From Octopus vulgaris (lineage: Eukaryota), in assembly GCA_951406725.2 (NCBI GenBank), contig OX597817.1, positions 173,724,001 to 173,788,000 of the forward strand: a stretch of DNA of 64,000 bases, in the 5' to 3' direction. The notes beneath the pieces were generated by a model. It saw only the letters and a list, made by a program, of their open reading frames with translations, was not told the DNA's origin and did no database searches. The translations under genes were made by a program, and so were the position numbers. Numbering within the stretch: position 1 is the first letter of the stretch; each line of letters starts with the position of its first letter. Positions 42,207-56,328 of this stretch are shown one piece after another.

Positions 42207-42435
42207 TTAACCCTTTCATTACCAACCCGGCTGAAACCGGCTCTAGCTCTGTAATACAAATGTTTTGTTTTCATAAGTTTTGAATTAAAATCTCCCATCA
42301 AACCTTAGTCACAATTTATGTTCCTAACACTAGCTGAATGATAACAAAGATATTTTACTAATTTCTTTGTAATATTTAAAGTAATTGAAAGAAACACAGA
42401 GCATCTCAACAGAAATACAGTAATGAAAGGGTTAA
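42207..42435. mobile_element. TTAA-flanked (piggyBac-like) MITE, family 1
   Basis: TTAA|CCCTTTCATTAC ... GTAATGAAAGGG|TTAA, a perfect 12-bp TIR. Related copies at ~1-229, ~38619-38846 and ~42562-42730. Confidence 0.8.
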
Positions 42436-42737
42436 TACAACAGTCAATTCAAACCAAAGTGACAGCAGGTATTTTTGATGATTTTAACATGTCATTTACA
42501 GTAATATTTTAATGCAGGTAAAGCTATAGCTAGCCAACACTGCTTGACAACAATAAACAATTTAACCCTTTCTTTATCACATATTTCTGTTGAAATATAC
42601 TGCTTTTGTCTCAGTTGCTTTTGAGACTAATAAAGAATTTAGTAAAATAACTTTGTCGTTATTGAGCTGGCATTTGGAACATAACACGAAATTCTGATGG
42701 AAAGTTTTGATTTAAATTACTTTAAAACATGAAGTAT

Positions 42738-42890
42738 AAGGGGGTGCTGAAAAGTTGCTGGCTTTAAGGGAATTGCAAAAGGCCTGGTTAGAGACCCAAA
42801 CTTTTGAGTTCTTTTACAGAGCTTAGAAAAACTGAAGGGGCACTGCAATAAGTAAGTGAATCTGAGAGGGGAATATGTTGAACAAAATCG
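42738..42890 (+). mobile_element. Mariner-type MITE remnant
   Basis: Starts AGGGGGTGCTGAAAAGTT (mariner-like TIR) and contains a transposase terminus-like segment, NLRGEYVE. Confidence 0.5.
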
Positions 42891-43429
42891 TAATTGTTGT
42901 AGGGAATTAGTAACAATGGTACACCCCCTCCCACGTGTCAAATGGAATAACCTGGTCACTATAAGAGAAATATATGAAGTACCTGAGTAGATAGTAGGCG
43001 GTCAGACGTAGTCATGTCTTAACTGGTTTTACTATGTATACTGTATAACAAAGTGGGCATAATAATAATCCAATATTTTAAGGTGAGGATTGAAACAACT
43101 CATGTGGAATTAATGAATCGATGAGGACAAACCAATTCATGTGGAGTTAATAGAAACACGAAGAGGAGTTAATAAAATCACAAAGTTTCGTGCAAATTTT
43201 ATGAAAAAAAATCATAAAAGTATGGAAAATTGATTGGCCAGTTTGCTCGAGTTGCAAAAAAAGCAACAACAACAACTGAAAGATCAACAACAGCATTAGA
43301 TACAACTGCAAGGGTAACAACAACAACAAACAATATAACAGCAATTACTGAAGTCATCAGGAAAGTCAGAAAAAGTGTTCTTAATCAGACTTCCACGGAC
43401 TCTATAACAGTTCAAATATATATACATAC

Positions 43430-43491
<62 letters not shown>

Positions 43492-43587
43492 ATATGTATA
43501 TATGTATACATACACATACATATATATATACACACACATATATATATATACATACATACACACACAAACACATATATGTATACACAT

Positions 43588-43626
<39 letters not shown>

Positions 43627-43633
43627 CACACAA

Positions 43634-43669
<36 letters not shown>

Positions 43670-43670
<1 letters not shown>

Positions 43671-43978
43671 GAGGCGCGATGGCCCAGTGGTTAGGGCAGT
43701 GGACTTGCGGTCGTAGGATCGTGGTTTTGATTCCCGGACCAGGCGTTGTGAGTGTTTATTGAGCGAAAACACCAAAAGCTCCACGCGGCTCCGGCAGGGG
43801 GTGGTGGCAATCCCTGCTGTACTCTTTCGCCACAACTTTCTCTCACTCTTTCTTCTGTTGGCTTGCTCGCTTAGCCAGCGGGGTGGCATCACTTGATGGC
43901 TAAAACAATGCGAAACGCATTGTGACCAGCGATATGTAGCAGCATCTGATAGCCTGGTCGGTCACGTGATCACGTGAT
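43670..43978 (+). mobile_element. tRNA-derived SINE, family D
   Basis: GGAGGCGCGATGGCCCAGTGGTTAGGGC..GGTTTTGATTCCC head; ends GGTCGGTCACGTGAT. Confidence 0.85.
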
Positions 43979-44425
43979 ATATATATATATATTCATATAT
44001 GTATATAGGTGTGTGTGTGTGTGTGTTACTGTCTCCTTGCACCTTGACATTGTGTGATAGTTGTGAGTGTCACCACCATGCAAATGGTCTTTCCAATTGC
44101 CTGACACTTGTGAGGTCATGAGGAAATATTACCTCACATAGAAACAGGTGAGGGTTGGCAACAGGAAGGGCATCCAGCTATTGAAAATCTGCCTCAAGTA
44201 ATTTCATCCAACCCATGTGAGCATGAAAAAGAGAAAATTAAATTATGTGGATGATGATGATGATGATGATATGTGTGTGTGTTTGTGTGTGTGTGTGTAA
44301 GATGCATGTGTTTGCATACACACACTCACACCTCTAAAGAAATATGCAAATTTGCTGACCAATCTATAACCAGCAATCATGAAACAGGTTTAAATGGAAA
44401 TTACATATGTAGATAGGTATGTGTC

Positions 44426-44517
<92 letters not shown>

Positions 44518-44645
44518 CCGGAGTAAGTACATAAATGTGAAACAAGGTGGAAAAAAGAGTACACAAATACCAGAGGTAGAGTAATATGCTTTATTTAAAA
44601 GTAGCAGAAATATGACAAAAGCTGTTACTCAGAGTTTCATGTTCC

Positions 44646-44683
44646 CTGTCCGACAAACAGGAATGTGAAACTCTGAGTAACAG
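44646..44683 (+). ncRNA. Degenerate minimal hammerhead-like motif
   Basis: CTGT-CCGACAA-ACA-GGAA-TGT-GAAA-CT-CTG-AG-TA-ACAG. All three stems pair; the core differs from CUGANGA at two positions. Confidence 0.45.
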
Positions 44684-44727
44684 CTTTTGTTATATTTCTG
44701 CTGCTTTTAAATAGAGTATATATATAC

Positions 44728-44997
44728 CCCGGACCTCGTTGCCCCCGTGCCGCTGACACGTTAAAATGCTCGAACCGATCGTGACGATGCCGGACCCTCC
44801 GGCCCCTGTGCAGGTGGCACGTAAAAAGCACCCAATCCACTCACGGAGTGGTTGGCGTTAGGAAGGGCATCCAGCCGTAGAAACTCTGCCAGATTCAGAC
44901 TGGAGCCTGGTGCGGCCCCTGGCTTCCCAGACCCGGTCAAACCGTCCAACCCGTGCTAGCGCGGAAAGCGGACGTTAAACGATGATGATGATGATGA

Positions 44998-45000
<3 letters not shown>
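44728..45000 (+). mobile_element. RTE 3'UTR fragment
   Basis: 3'UTR motifs and (GAT)n tail; lies within TA-rich microsatellite. Confidence 0.8.
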
Positions 45001-45045
<45 letters not shown>

Positions 45046-46436
45046 TATATATGTATGTACATTTTTGTTTATATTCATATTTATGCACACACACACACAC
45101 ATGTATTCTATATATGAGAGTAAAAAAAAAGAGGGAGAGAGGGTAGAAGTTGGAAAGAGATAGATAGATAGATAGATAGAGTGTGTGTGTCGTATGAGTG
45201 AGGGAGCACATGTAACGAGAGACCCTATGAAACAAGAATCTCTATAACAAAATGTACAGATATACATTACAAAAGCTTCATTAACCAATTACTTGTATTT
45301 GTACAACTGTAGATGTTTGGATATTTGTAAATAGATACATCAAAATTCTTACACAGTATATTATCTCACAGATGGTTCTCACACAGTAGAGAAAGATTTG
45401 TGGTTTAATGCTATGACAACATATTCCAGTTTTAAATTCCAAAGGGATGTGAAATGACTTGAAAAAAAATATTCTATGGGGAAAAGTTGTTATCATCATT
45501 TATTTTATACACAGACAGTTCTCAAAAGAACTTCTTCAGGTACTTCAGTATTAAAGACTGATATATCTAGTGGATGCAGAAGAGATATCAAATTTCAGTT
45601 CTTAAAAGTATTCTTGGTACCTTTTCTATAGGTTTAAAAAAAAAATTTTTTTTTGAAATTCAATTTCCTGAAAAGTATCTAAAAAGATTATGACTGAAAA
45701 ATGTATCTATGTGCTAAAACACACACACAAAAAAAAAAAACAAAAAAACTTGATGCTAATAAGTAAATAAATAAATATTTAAATGACTATTCTCTTCCCT
45801 CATTTTTATCATCCAAAACAATATTTCCCTAGCTTGCTTAGTCACTTTACTGTCTTTTCTAACAACCGCCCTGCCCACTTCACACCCCCACCACCCCCAC
45901 ACACCCACCAATGATATTTCAGGACTTACTCATTCACTATTTGTAACAATAGTGCATACTTTAGTTACAACTTTAAGGAGGGAATGCACTGATCTGAAAC
46001 AGAAGTGTGTTGAGAAATTTGAGTAGGATTCTTGACTGTTTGAACAGTGAAACAAATAAATGTTCAGTGAATTATACATACATTTTTATTTAACAGCCTA
46101 GTTCAGGTAACTTTCTCACTTTGTGGCTATTTATTATTTTTTTTTTTTAATCTGGTAAGCTCTCCACCCACACAAGCATGTGCACATGCTTAGAAGCCAC
46201 ACAGCAACTCAATAAAGTCTGAAAACATTTGATAGTTATCATTCCAGCTTCAATGTTTGATCAAGCAAAACTTGATAGGGATTCACCACCCACAAATATA
46301 AATTTCTAACCTATTTTTTGGAGAAGGAAAAAGAAAAATTTTAAAACAGGAATGTAATATGCCAGTTAACAAATTAAATATAAGCTGCATCCTGCTTTCT
46401 TTCTACATAGTTTGGATTACAAATTATTGTTGCTGC

Positions 46437-46491
<55 letters not shown>

Positions 46492-46493
<2 letters not shown>

Positions 46494-47047
46494 TGAGTGA
46501 GAGAGCAGTGAATATTGTCAAAGTGACACTGGGGTAAAATATACAAAGCCCAGTATACCCATCATGACTACCCATCTGATAGGAGTACATCAGGCACATG
46601 CATCACAACCATATGTGCACAACATGGTGACCTCATATCAAGATAAATAGTGCATGACCTTGCAGGTGGGGCCCAGTTAGAATTTTCTTCAGGTAGCCCA
46701 CCCTGCTCAAAAGGTCCCTGAATAAGGGTTGTTTGAGGATGTTGAACAAAACATCCATGTTTCCAGAGGTGAATTATCCAAACCCCAATGAATTCCTCTC
46801 AACACATGGCTATGATGCTCCCCCACTACTTCTGCTCGTGATCAGAGATGCACATATCGTCAGCCACTAAGGTATATGCTCAACTGGTTACGGTCAAGCA
46901 ACTGACAAGCAAATCTGTGGTATTGAGCAGAATATTTGCTGTAGCCCATCTTTTATACCAAGACAAAACAATGTACATGATAACACTTCCAATCAGTTAA
47001 GATCAGAAGCCATGAAAACCATTGCCTGGTACTGCATCAGGGCATTT
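46492..47047. mobile_element. Unclassified interspersed repeat next to (ATT)n
   Basis: ~46530-46640 is the reverse complement of ~36880-36990; flanked by ATT and ATC microsatellites. Confidence 0.55.
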
Positions 47048-47369
47048 ATCATCATCATCATCATCACCACCACCACCACCACCTATAACAATCCTATAGT
47101 ATAAAGGATTATTGTTGTTGTTGTTATTAAGGCAACAAACTGGTAGAATCATTAGCATGCTGGACAAAATACTATTTTGTCTATATTTATGTTCTGAGTT
47201 TAAATTTTGATGAGGTCAACTTTGCCCATCATCCTTCTGGGGTCAGTAAAACAAGTACTGGTCAAGTACTGGCATTAATATAATCGACTAGTCCCTCCAC
47301 CAAGATTTCAGGCCTTATGCTATTTGTAGATAGAATTATCTTCATTGCCTAGTCACCCATACAGTTAAC

Positions 47370-48061
47370 AAGGTGATACATGAAGGAGTCATACCCAATG
47401 ACTGGTGTAGCAGCACCATAGTCAACTGCTACAAAGGTAAAGGTGACACTTTAGTTCAAATAATTACAGAGGTATCAAGTTGTTGGATCGGGTAATGAAA
47501 GTCACAGAGAGGATCATAGCCCAACTAATTAGGGAGAGAGTCAGTTTAGAGAAGATGCAGTTTGGGTTTGTGCCAGGGAAAAGCACCACTGATGCTATAT
47601 TTCTTGTAAGACAGCTGCAGGAGAAATACCTAGCCAAAGATAAGCCCCTGTACCTGGCTTTCGTTGACATGGAGAAAGCCATGTCAAAAAAAAAGCACCA
47701 TTAAAATGTGATCATTACCAGCGTCACCTTACTTACCAGCGTCACTTGTGCTGGTGGCACATGAAAAAGAATTGAGAGAGGTTGTTGCCAGTGCCGCTGG
47801 ACTGGCTCCTGTGCAGGTGACACATAAAAAACACTACTTAAGTGTGGATGTTGCCAGTATCACCTGACTGGCCCTTGTGCCGGTGACACATAAAAGCACC
47901 CACTACACTCTCGGAGTGGTTGGCGTTAGGAAGGGCATCCAGCAGTAGAAACTCTGCCAGATCAGATCGGAGCCTGGGGCAGCCATCTGGTTCGCCAGTC
48001 CTCAGTCAAATCGTCCAACCCATGCCTGCATGGAAAGCGGACGTTAAACAATGATGATGAT
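47370..48061 (+). mobile_element. Internally deleted RTE LINE copy
   Basis: RT start ([35 protein letters not shown]), nearly identical to 12250-12470, is joined at ~47680 directly to the 3'UTR and (ATG)n tail. Confidence 0.85.
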
Positions 48062-50200
48062 TATCAAAAAGGTGAACTGGCAGAATCATTAGCATACCAG
48101 GTGAAATGATTGACAGTATTCCTTCTTACTTTATGGTCTGCATTTGAATTCCATAAAGATTAACTTTGACTTTCATCCTTTTGGGGTCAATGAAATAAGT
48201 ACCAGTTGAACACTGGGGTCAATGTAATTAACTGGTTCCTTCCCCACCAAATTTCAAGCTTTCTACCTTTAACACAAAAGAACATTATTATTATCATCAA
48301 GGCGGAGAGCTAGCAGAATCACCTGCATTCAGGGCAAAATGCTTAATGGTATTTTGTCTGCTGCTATGTTCTAAATTCAAATCCTGCTGAGGTCAACTTT
48401 GCCTTTCGTCCTTTCAGGGTTGATAAATAAAGTACCAGTCAAGTACTGGGGTTGATATAATCGACTTACTCCTCCCCAAAAATTTCAAGCCTTGTACTTA
48501 TTTCATCATTCCTGAAAGGATGAAAGGCAACAGTTGATATTTATTTTTTTCCTTAGGGTTTGAGATCAACAGATAGTCACAGGCTCTATTTGGCTCTCTC
48601 AGCCTTGGACAGATATACTGGCTTAAATCCCACTTTCTTTCTAATAGATCTTGCATACAGCCACTTATATTGACCCTGTTAGTAAATTGGTACTTATTTT
48701 ATAGAAAGTGTACCATTGCAGAATCTGAACTCATTTCCTGTCAGACTAAATTGGAGTGTCTTTTGCACTTCCTGTGGAATGGAAGTGTTTTATTGGACAG
48801 ATGTTGCCATCTGTACCAGTGACCCTTGAGAGGTGGGCTTGGCATGCTGTAGAGTGTTAGACTGAAGTTGTACCACTCACATAAATTCCTGGGTAGTGTA
48901 CAGATGTGATCTCTGGTGGTATGGCATGGAATTCCATAGTTGATTTCTTTGATAAGTCGAGAGTGAAGAAAGGACCAAGATTGTGTGCTTGGCATCTGGA
49001 AGGTCACCATCCTTTACCAATCAAGACATACAGTCATTGGAACTCTCACTTCAACACTATACTAAAGGGCCAGCAGGAGGTAAGGATATGATGTCATCAT
49101 TGTCATCATCATTTAATGTCCACTTTCCATGCTGACATAGGCTGGACAGTTAGGCAGGAGCTGGCAAGGCCAGGAGCTGCACCAAGTTCCATAGTCTGTT
49201 TTGGCTAGGTTTCTACAATTGGATGCCCTTAAGGAAACTCTAGGTGTCAACAAGGATGAACTTGCTGGACTCTTCAGGAGAACATTTAGGCCAGCTATAC
49301 TATGGATAACTTTCAGAAATCCTTCCTAAATCTGTAGGGCTACAAAGGGGGTACTACAAGGGCAAGATGAACTTCACAGATACAGAAGTACCGTCAGGTA
49401 GGATTGCTCAAGATGCACACAGAGCAACAAAACCATGCTACATGTGTTCATGGGATGTCTGAGCACTGCTCACTTGTGGAGTTATGTTGGACAGCTGTTG
49501 TCACATGGAAAATGAATCCAGCAATAAGGCAATTAAATACAGCAGAATAGGGGAGGGGGAGGGGGATGTTATCAACTAACCCCTCCCCTTGAAATGCTAG
49601 CTTTCTGCCTAAATTAGCAACAGTTATTGTAGTTGTTGTTGTCATAATTAATTTCTTTCTTTCCTTACATCATCCATTTTTCTTTCTTTTAAATCCATTC
49701 TCCATGCTGGCAATGGTTGGTTGGTTCTACAAAATTTTCTTACTTTTAACTCAAGCCTTATCATTAGTCACTCTTTTCTTCTTTTTTTTTTTTTTTTAAT
49801 CACTAAGTACTTTATTTTCATTGTTATTTTTAGATGATTACAACTCCGGCCACCCTCTTCCACCTCTGTGAGCATTTTGTTCTTGGTTTTCAATGTCCAC
49901 CCACTCACCATCTTTTCTTTCATATTAGCTTTCTTCCTTGTTAACAACAAGAAGCTTCTTTCTGATTCTTCTTGTTACTCTAGTCTCAATGCTATTATTC
50001 ATTCAGATTCCTTTTGCTTATCTTGCTTATAAAACGTATTTCATTCCCCTTTAGTTAGTCAGATTCTTAAACCTTCAGCATTCAGATTACTCTGCCAAAT
50101 GTAATGCATATTTATTCTCTTTGTTTTGAATTAATCCTGCTTTATCTCATAGCTTTGAGATTTTGATGATGTGATTGTTTAATTTTGCAATGACATTTTT

Positions 50201-50427
50201 TATTTCTTCGATGCCCACAGGGGGCTAAATGTAGAGGGGACAAACAAGAACAGACAAAGGGATTAAGTCGATTAGATCGACCCCAGTGCATAATCGGTAC
50301 TTATTTAATCGACCCCGAAAGGATGAAAGGCAAAGTTGACCCAGGTGGAATTTGAACTCAGAACGGAAAAACAGACAAAATACCGCTAAGCATTGCACCC
50401 GGCGTGGTAATGATCCTGCCAGCTCGT
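50201..50427 (-). mobile_element. SINE family B inserted in a MITE
   Basis: Homologous to 5102-5329; flanked by CAATGACATT on both sides. Confidence 0.8.
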
Positions 50428-51224
50428 ACAATGACATTGTAGGGGAAATGTGAGAAGCTGGGTATGGCCAGTTTGATCATAAAATGGGTAGGTTATTTGG
50501 GCCCCGATATGGGGTGTTTAAATGCTTTGTTGTCTTTGTATTTTTATTTTCCTGTAGCTCATTCAAATCTCTTTTATAAAGAGGAAATTTCTTTATCAAC
50601 TAGAACAATTCACTATGTTTTTTTCCCATTATAGATTTTAATTAGTAAGTTACCACTCCTTACATAAGTAACATAGATCTAAAAAGGAAGATACTACATT
50701 AGTCACAGGCAAACTGCTGTCCAAAGGTCCCATGTGGCTTGTCAGCCTAATCATTCTACCTGTTTTATGTTCAGTCCAGCTAAATCTGTCCTCTCACACC
50801 TACCCTACAATATCAATCTAAAAATATACAATCCCATCATTGAAATTTCAAAGCTATAAAGTCAAGCCTCATTAATTCAAAACAATGGGAATAAATAAGC
50901 TCTAAATTTGATGGAATAATTTGAATGCTACAGAATTAAAGACACATCTAATGAAAAATTAGCTTGATTTTTTTTTTCTTAGTATTGTGGCTTTTCTGAT
51001 GATGAGCCATGTCTTATGCAGCTTGCTTCTCAAAAAAAGGTTGCTCACGCCTGCTCTATATGGAAACTCAACATACTAGAAATAGCTGCCAAATATCCAT
51101 CAAACTGTGCATTATTGTCTTAACAACAACAAGCAAAAAGACAATATCACATCGGTTAATGCATTGGTTCTCAATGGGGGTCGATATGACCCTTGGAGGT
51201 CCATATAAGATCTTGCTTATACAT

Positions 51225-51315
51225 AGGTGTAGGAGTGGCTGTGTGGTAAGTAGCTTGTGAGTGGGACTGATAGAAGGAAACTGAAAGAAACCCATAGTGT
51301 GTGAGTGCATGTGCA

Positions 51316-51359
<44 letters not shown>

Positions 51360-51625
51360 TGTGTGTGTGTATGTATGTATGTATGTATGCATGCATGTAA
51401 GTATTATGTATCTGTGTGTGTGTGTCTTGCTGTTTGTGCACCACCACCACCACTTGACAGTTGGTGTTGGTTTGTTTACATCCCAGTAACTTGGCAGTTT
51501 GACATAATAAGTAATGGCCAAATACAAAAATTATTACTGGGGTCAATACATTTGACTAAAACCTATCAAGGTAGTGCCCCAGTGTGACAACAGTCCAATG
51601 ACTAGAACAAGTAAAAGATAAAGGA
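51225..51625 (+). mobile_element. SINE family A, diverged and partly deleted
   Basis: Head GTAGGAGTGGCTGTGTGG and tail ACAAGTAAAAGA. Confidence 0.7.
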
Positions 51626-51657
51626 TACAAGATAAAGAAAAAAAGACAGAAGCTTAC

Positions 51658-51785
51658 CTTCCAATTCAGATTGATCTGCAGGTGAACCTGTGGCTGTTCC
51701 AGTCAGAATTACTCCATCACTTAAGAAGAATTCTGCAGCCTTTGCAGTTTCAACTATGTCAATGTCTTCAGTAATGCTATGAGAG
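51658..51785 (-). CDS. BtpA/SgcQ-family protein, internal exon (128 nt)
   Basis: Acceptor CCTAG| and donor GAAG|GTAAGC. Encodes (S)SHSITEDIDIVETAKAAEFFLSDGVILTGTATGSPADQSELE, in frame with both flanking exons. Not in the ORF track. Confidence 0.93.
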
Positions 51786-53457
51786 CTAGGTTTTGAAATT
51801 TTAATTTTGTAAAGAAAAAAAGAATTCTTTTAATTTATTGGATAATATAAACAAAGTTTTTAGAGGGAAGAGAACAAAATTTCAGGGATATATTAGCATT
51901 AAATCTATATAAAATACAGAGATATATAAAAAAAAAAAACAGATATGTATCTGATGCATCACCCAGTATTCAGTTACCATTAGCAGAATCCAATCTGCTA
52001 TAACTATTTGACCATTCCATGTCAGATCAAATTTTCCAAGCCATGCTAGCATGGAAAACAGACGTTAAATGATGATGATGAAGGTGATGATGATGATGAT
52101 GATGATAAGTACATACATACTTATATATATTAATTAACATATACAGTATTACTGATCCGTTTCAGCTAATATCATTACCAATCAGTTTTGCACTGGGTAT
52201 TAAGTAACTAGGCATTAGATAACATCTCAGTTAAGTAATACCACATACTCTTCAGAGTGTGTGCTGGTTTGGTCATGTGATGTACATAGATGTGAACAGT
52301 TGCATGAAGAAGTGCTGCTCTCTTAAAGTGGATGGAACTTGTGGAAGAGGGAGACCCAGGAAGACATGGGATGAAGTATTGAAGGAGGAGCACAAGATGC
52401 TCCATCTTACAAAGGAGATGACAAAAGACTGAGATATCTAATGTCTAACTGTACTCAAGAAGACCTGTCCACTACAGCTGAATAGATATCCTAAAACCCC
52501 TTTGGTAATGCTTACCTCCATCCTCTCTGCCTTGCTAACCTTCTCCCCTTACATTTCATCTCCTAACACTCATCACTTCCTCCATCACCTAAGGACAGAA
52601 TAGGCACATACTACATCCCCTGGTTTACTCCATTAACTTTTCTCCCCACTCCCAGTTACCTTTCTTCTCTTGCTTATTGTCTCCACCAATCACCTCCTTT
52701 CTGCACCTCCTCTGCCCTCCCTGTGCAGCTCTCCATCATCACTTACCTGTTATCACCTTCAACACACTCACATATTTATTGCAACCCCTGCACCCAAGCC
52801 TTTCCTATATTTCTCTCCATCATTGCTACAGTCACTTCATCCTGTCTATTCACCCAGCCCAAGTCTCTGCATCATCTCTGTACCTTAAATCTATCAGCTA
52901 GCACAAAGCCACATCCCCTCAATACTATCTTCCCATCCCATCTGGGGGGGTTCTTGTCTTGCAAGGTACTTGATGATCCAGTTGGTGCTGGTACCAAATA
53001 AAAAGAATTGATGCTTACCTCTATTACCACCCATCACTTTCCTCTTGCTTTTATCTCACTACCCATCTTTACACCTCAAGGATACCTTCTAGTTTTCCTT
53101 TCTCTCACTACACAGTTCCTCCTTCTTCTCTCGCTCTCTCCCTTGCCTGCCCATCTGGGAGACTTTCACAACATTCAGACTCTACCATTCCTCTTCTCTC
53201 TACCTCTAGGGTTAATTCACTTTACTACTTAAGGAGCATTGGGCCAGTTTCCCAGTTTCTTTGGCGTATATATCCTTCCCTGGATGGAACACCAGTTCAT
53301 CGCAGGATTACTCATTTTTACCAGCTGAGTGGACTGGAGCAACATGAAATGAAATGTTTTGCTCAAGAACACAACACATCACAACCACAGTTTTACTATC
53401 ATGAGTCCAATACTAACTACTAAACCATACACCTCCTCTCTCCACCTATACAGTACT

Positions 53458-53675
53458 TATTTCTTTACTACCCACAAGGGGTTAAACACAGAGAGGACAA
53501 ATGGATTAAGTTGATTACATCGACCCTAGTGCGTAACTAGTACTTAATTTATTGACCCCGAGGGGATGAAAGGCAAAGTCGACCTTGGCAGAATTTGAAC
53601 TCAGGACGTAGCGGCAGAAAAAATATCACTAAGCTTTTCGCCCAATGTGCTAACGATTCTGCCAGCTCGCCGCCT
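53458..53675 (-). mobile_element. SINE family B
   Basis: Homologous to 5102-5329; flanked by CCACCTATACAGTAC on both sides. Confidence 0.85.
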
Positions 53676-54838
53676 TTATCTCCCCACCTATACAGTACCC
53701 TCAAAACATGAGAGACTTTATAGATGCAGCTCTTTCTGTGATCAACACCAGTGTGACCCACGATTTGGTTGTCTCCCACGCCCTTCATTCTGCATCATTA
53801 TGCCCCACTTGCTGTTACTTGCACCACCACACCATCCTATTTAAATGATATCACCTTCATACTTTCTTAAATTCCGTACCACACAGGCATCTTCAACATT
53901 CAACCTGAACCAGTTATGGGCAAACAGCAGTCTGCAGGACTTTATAAATGGCATGCCTAATGAAAAGGTACACTAATTTTTTTTCAGTAATGTGGCCTGC
54001 CTGATGACAAGCCATGTCTCATGCAGCCTGCTTCTCACAAAGGTTGCCCATACCTGACCTAGACACTTCACAAAAGACATTTACTGCTTCATTGAACAGT
54101 GTCCTTGAAAACATATACCAAAGAGGACATGACAACCTAAATGGACTACATCCAAATGAAGATCTTTCTGCTAATTAACAAAAGACTCACTAGCCAAAAC
54201 ACTACAGCCACTTGTCCACAAGCATGCTGCATCATTTTTTTTCTTCCTCTTCTACCTTTCACACAATGGCCTTTGACCCTTTGAACTTCTTAGCTACTTA
54301 ACATCACATCCACTTCTTTGATTCAACTGTCTCTCATCCTTTTATTATCTCATCTCTGCTATTTTCTCCACAGAACTTGATTCAATCCTGTGGAATCCTT
54401 TTCCCCTCCTCCCATTCCTCCTTATTCTTATCATTATTATTGTTGTTGTTTTTCGCAAATGAAGGTTACATCATTTGCAGACTCCTGTAATGACATAACA
54501 ATCTCTTGTGCCAAAAGTTTACTCATGAACAACTAAAACATAAAAAGCACAACAGAAATAGCAAACTCCAGGATGTTGCTACTTTGATATAATAGCAACA
54601 GTTGAGCAGCTCTAGGTTAGACAGATACCTGGTGTTGCCAGGCTTTTAGTAGCAAAGCAACCAACACCATGCTGCTTTTCATACAAACTGCAAACTAACA
54701 AAATAGGATCATCAACATTATCCTCCTCATCATCATCATTACCAGCATTGCCACCATAGATCCTGATGCCATCACCAATGTCCCCCTCCTCTTCTTCTCC
54801 TTGAACACTCAGACACTGTCTTCAATGGAAGAGTCTGT

Positions 54839-54890
<52 letters not shown>

Positions 54891-55354
54891 TGTGTGTGAG
54901 TGTATGTGTGTGTGCATATATATATATATATATATACATATACACATTCTTTTATTCATTTACTCGTTTCAACCATTTGACTGTAGCCATGCTGGAGCAC
55001 CCCCTCTATAGCAAGACACTTGTTTTTGTCTCTCTATTTCTCTGTCACACTCTATCCTTTCATCACCTGATTCCAGATCACCTTCTCAAATGCCCCTGCC
55101 CCTCTCAAAATTCCTTGTCTTGTGAGTTACCCTGTCAGTGTTGGTGCCACATAAAAAGCATCCAGTTCACACTGTAAAGTGGTTAGCATGTGGACAGGCA
55201 TCCAGTTGCAAAAATCATCCCAAAACTAACCTCACCTGTACTAATGCCATGGAAAATGCACTGGGTCCCCTCTGCAGAATAACTGGTGTTAGAAAGAGCA
55301 TCCAGCCATAAAAATCCTGCCAAAACAGACACAGTAGCCTGGGGTAGTCTTCTT

Positions 55355-56062
55355 CCTGGCTGCATCACATGACCATATCAATACAGTTGTCTCTCTTGCA
55401 CACCACATCTGATGCCTGTTATGCCCGACTTTTCTCTCAAGATGCTTACACTCTGTCGTACATGCACACTGACATTACGCATCCAGTGACGCATACTAGC
55501 TTCATTTTTTTCATGTTTATGCATGTCCTACGCAGTCACAGCCCATGTTTCACTGTTATGTCGCATGGCTGTTCAAGTACAGGCATCATACAATCTGCTT
55601 TTCACTCCAAAGGTGAGGACCTTTGTTACCAACAGAGGTAGGAGCTCTCTGAACTTTTCCCAGCCTATTCTTATTCTACCAGCTACACTCTCAGAGCATC
55701 CACCTCTGCTATTAATTTGTTCACCTTGGTAACATTTGATAGAGTCTATTTTCTGTACATTTGTAGTGTTTATTGTACTTGTTCACCTTCCAAATAAAAA
55801 AACCATTTTCCCTGTTAACCTTACTCTGATATTGGTGTATCTCTTATGTGTCCATAGCTTACACCAGGTACATCTTATGGAGTTTCTAAGTACACCTTTT
55901 CTACAGATTGAGCAAGGCCATCTACCTGAAGGGATTTGTGATTTGTCTGCATTCCTACTTACTAAATCTTTGGTTTTTGCTAGATTAACTCTAAGGCCTT
56001 TTGATTCTGGACCTTGCTTCCACACCTGAAATTTCTTCTCTAGTGATTCAGCTATAAGAGGA
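55355..56062 (-). mobile_element. Degenerate RTE ORF2 fragment (PHD-like region and C-terminus)
   Basis: [30 protein letters not shown]...[10 protein letters not shown]; homologous to 11250-11980. Confidence 0.85.
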
Positions 56063-56197
56063 ATGTTGGGCTTCTTGGTCGGCCCAAGGATATAGGAGAA
56101 GACACTTGCCCAAGGTGGCATGCAATTGGACTGAACCTGGAACTATGTGGTTGGGAAGCAAGCTTCTTACCACAGAGCCATGCCTGCATCTATATAC

Positions 56198-56250
<53 letters not shown>

Positions 56251-56280
56251 TATCATACATATATATATACATATATATAC

Positions 56281-56328
<48 letters not shown>

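Noticed and set aside
43670-43745. tRNA-like sequences at SINE heads
   Set aside because: They continue into SINE bodies and lack a full cloverleaf; not tRNA genes.
53995-54060. CTGATGA motif (also at ~50996)
   Set aside because: No GAAA or stems in hammerhead arrangement; it appears to be part of a small DNA-transposon-like repeat.
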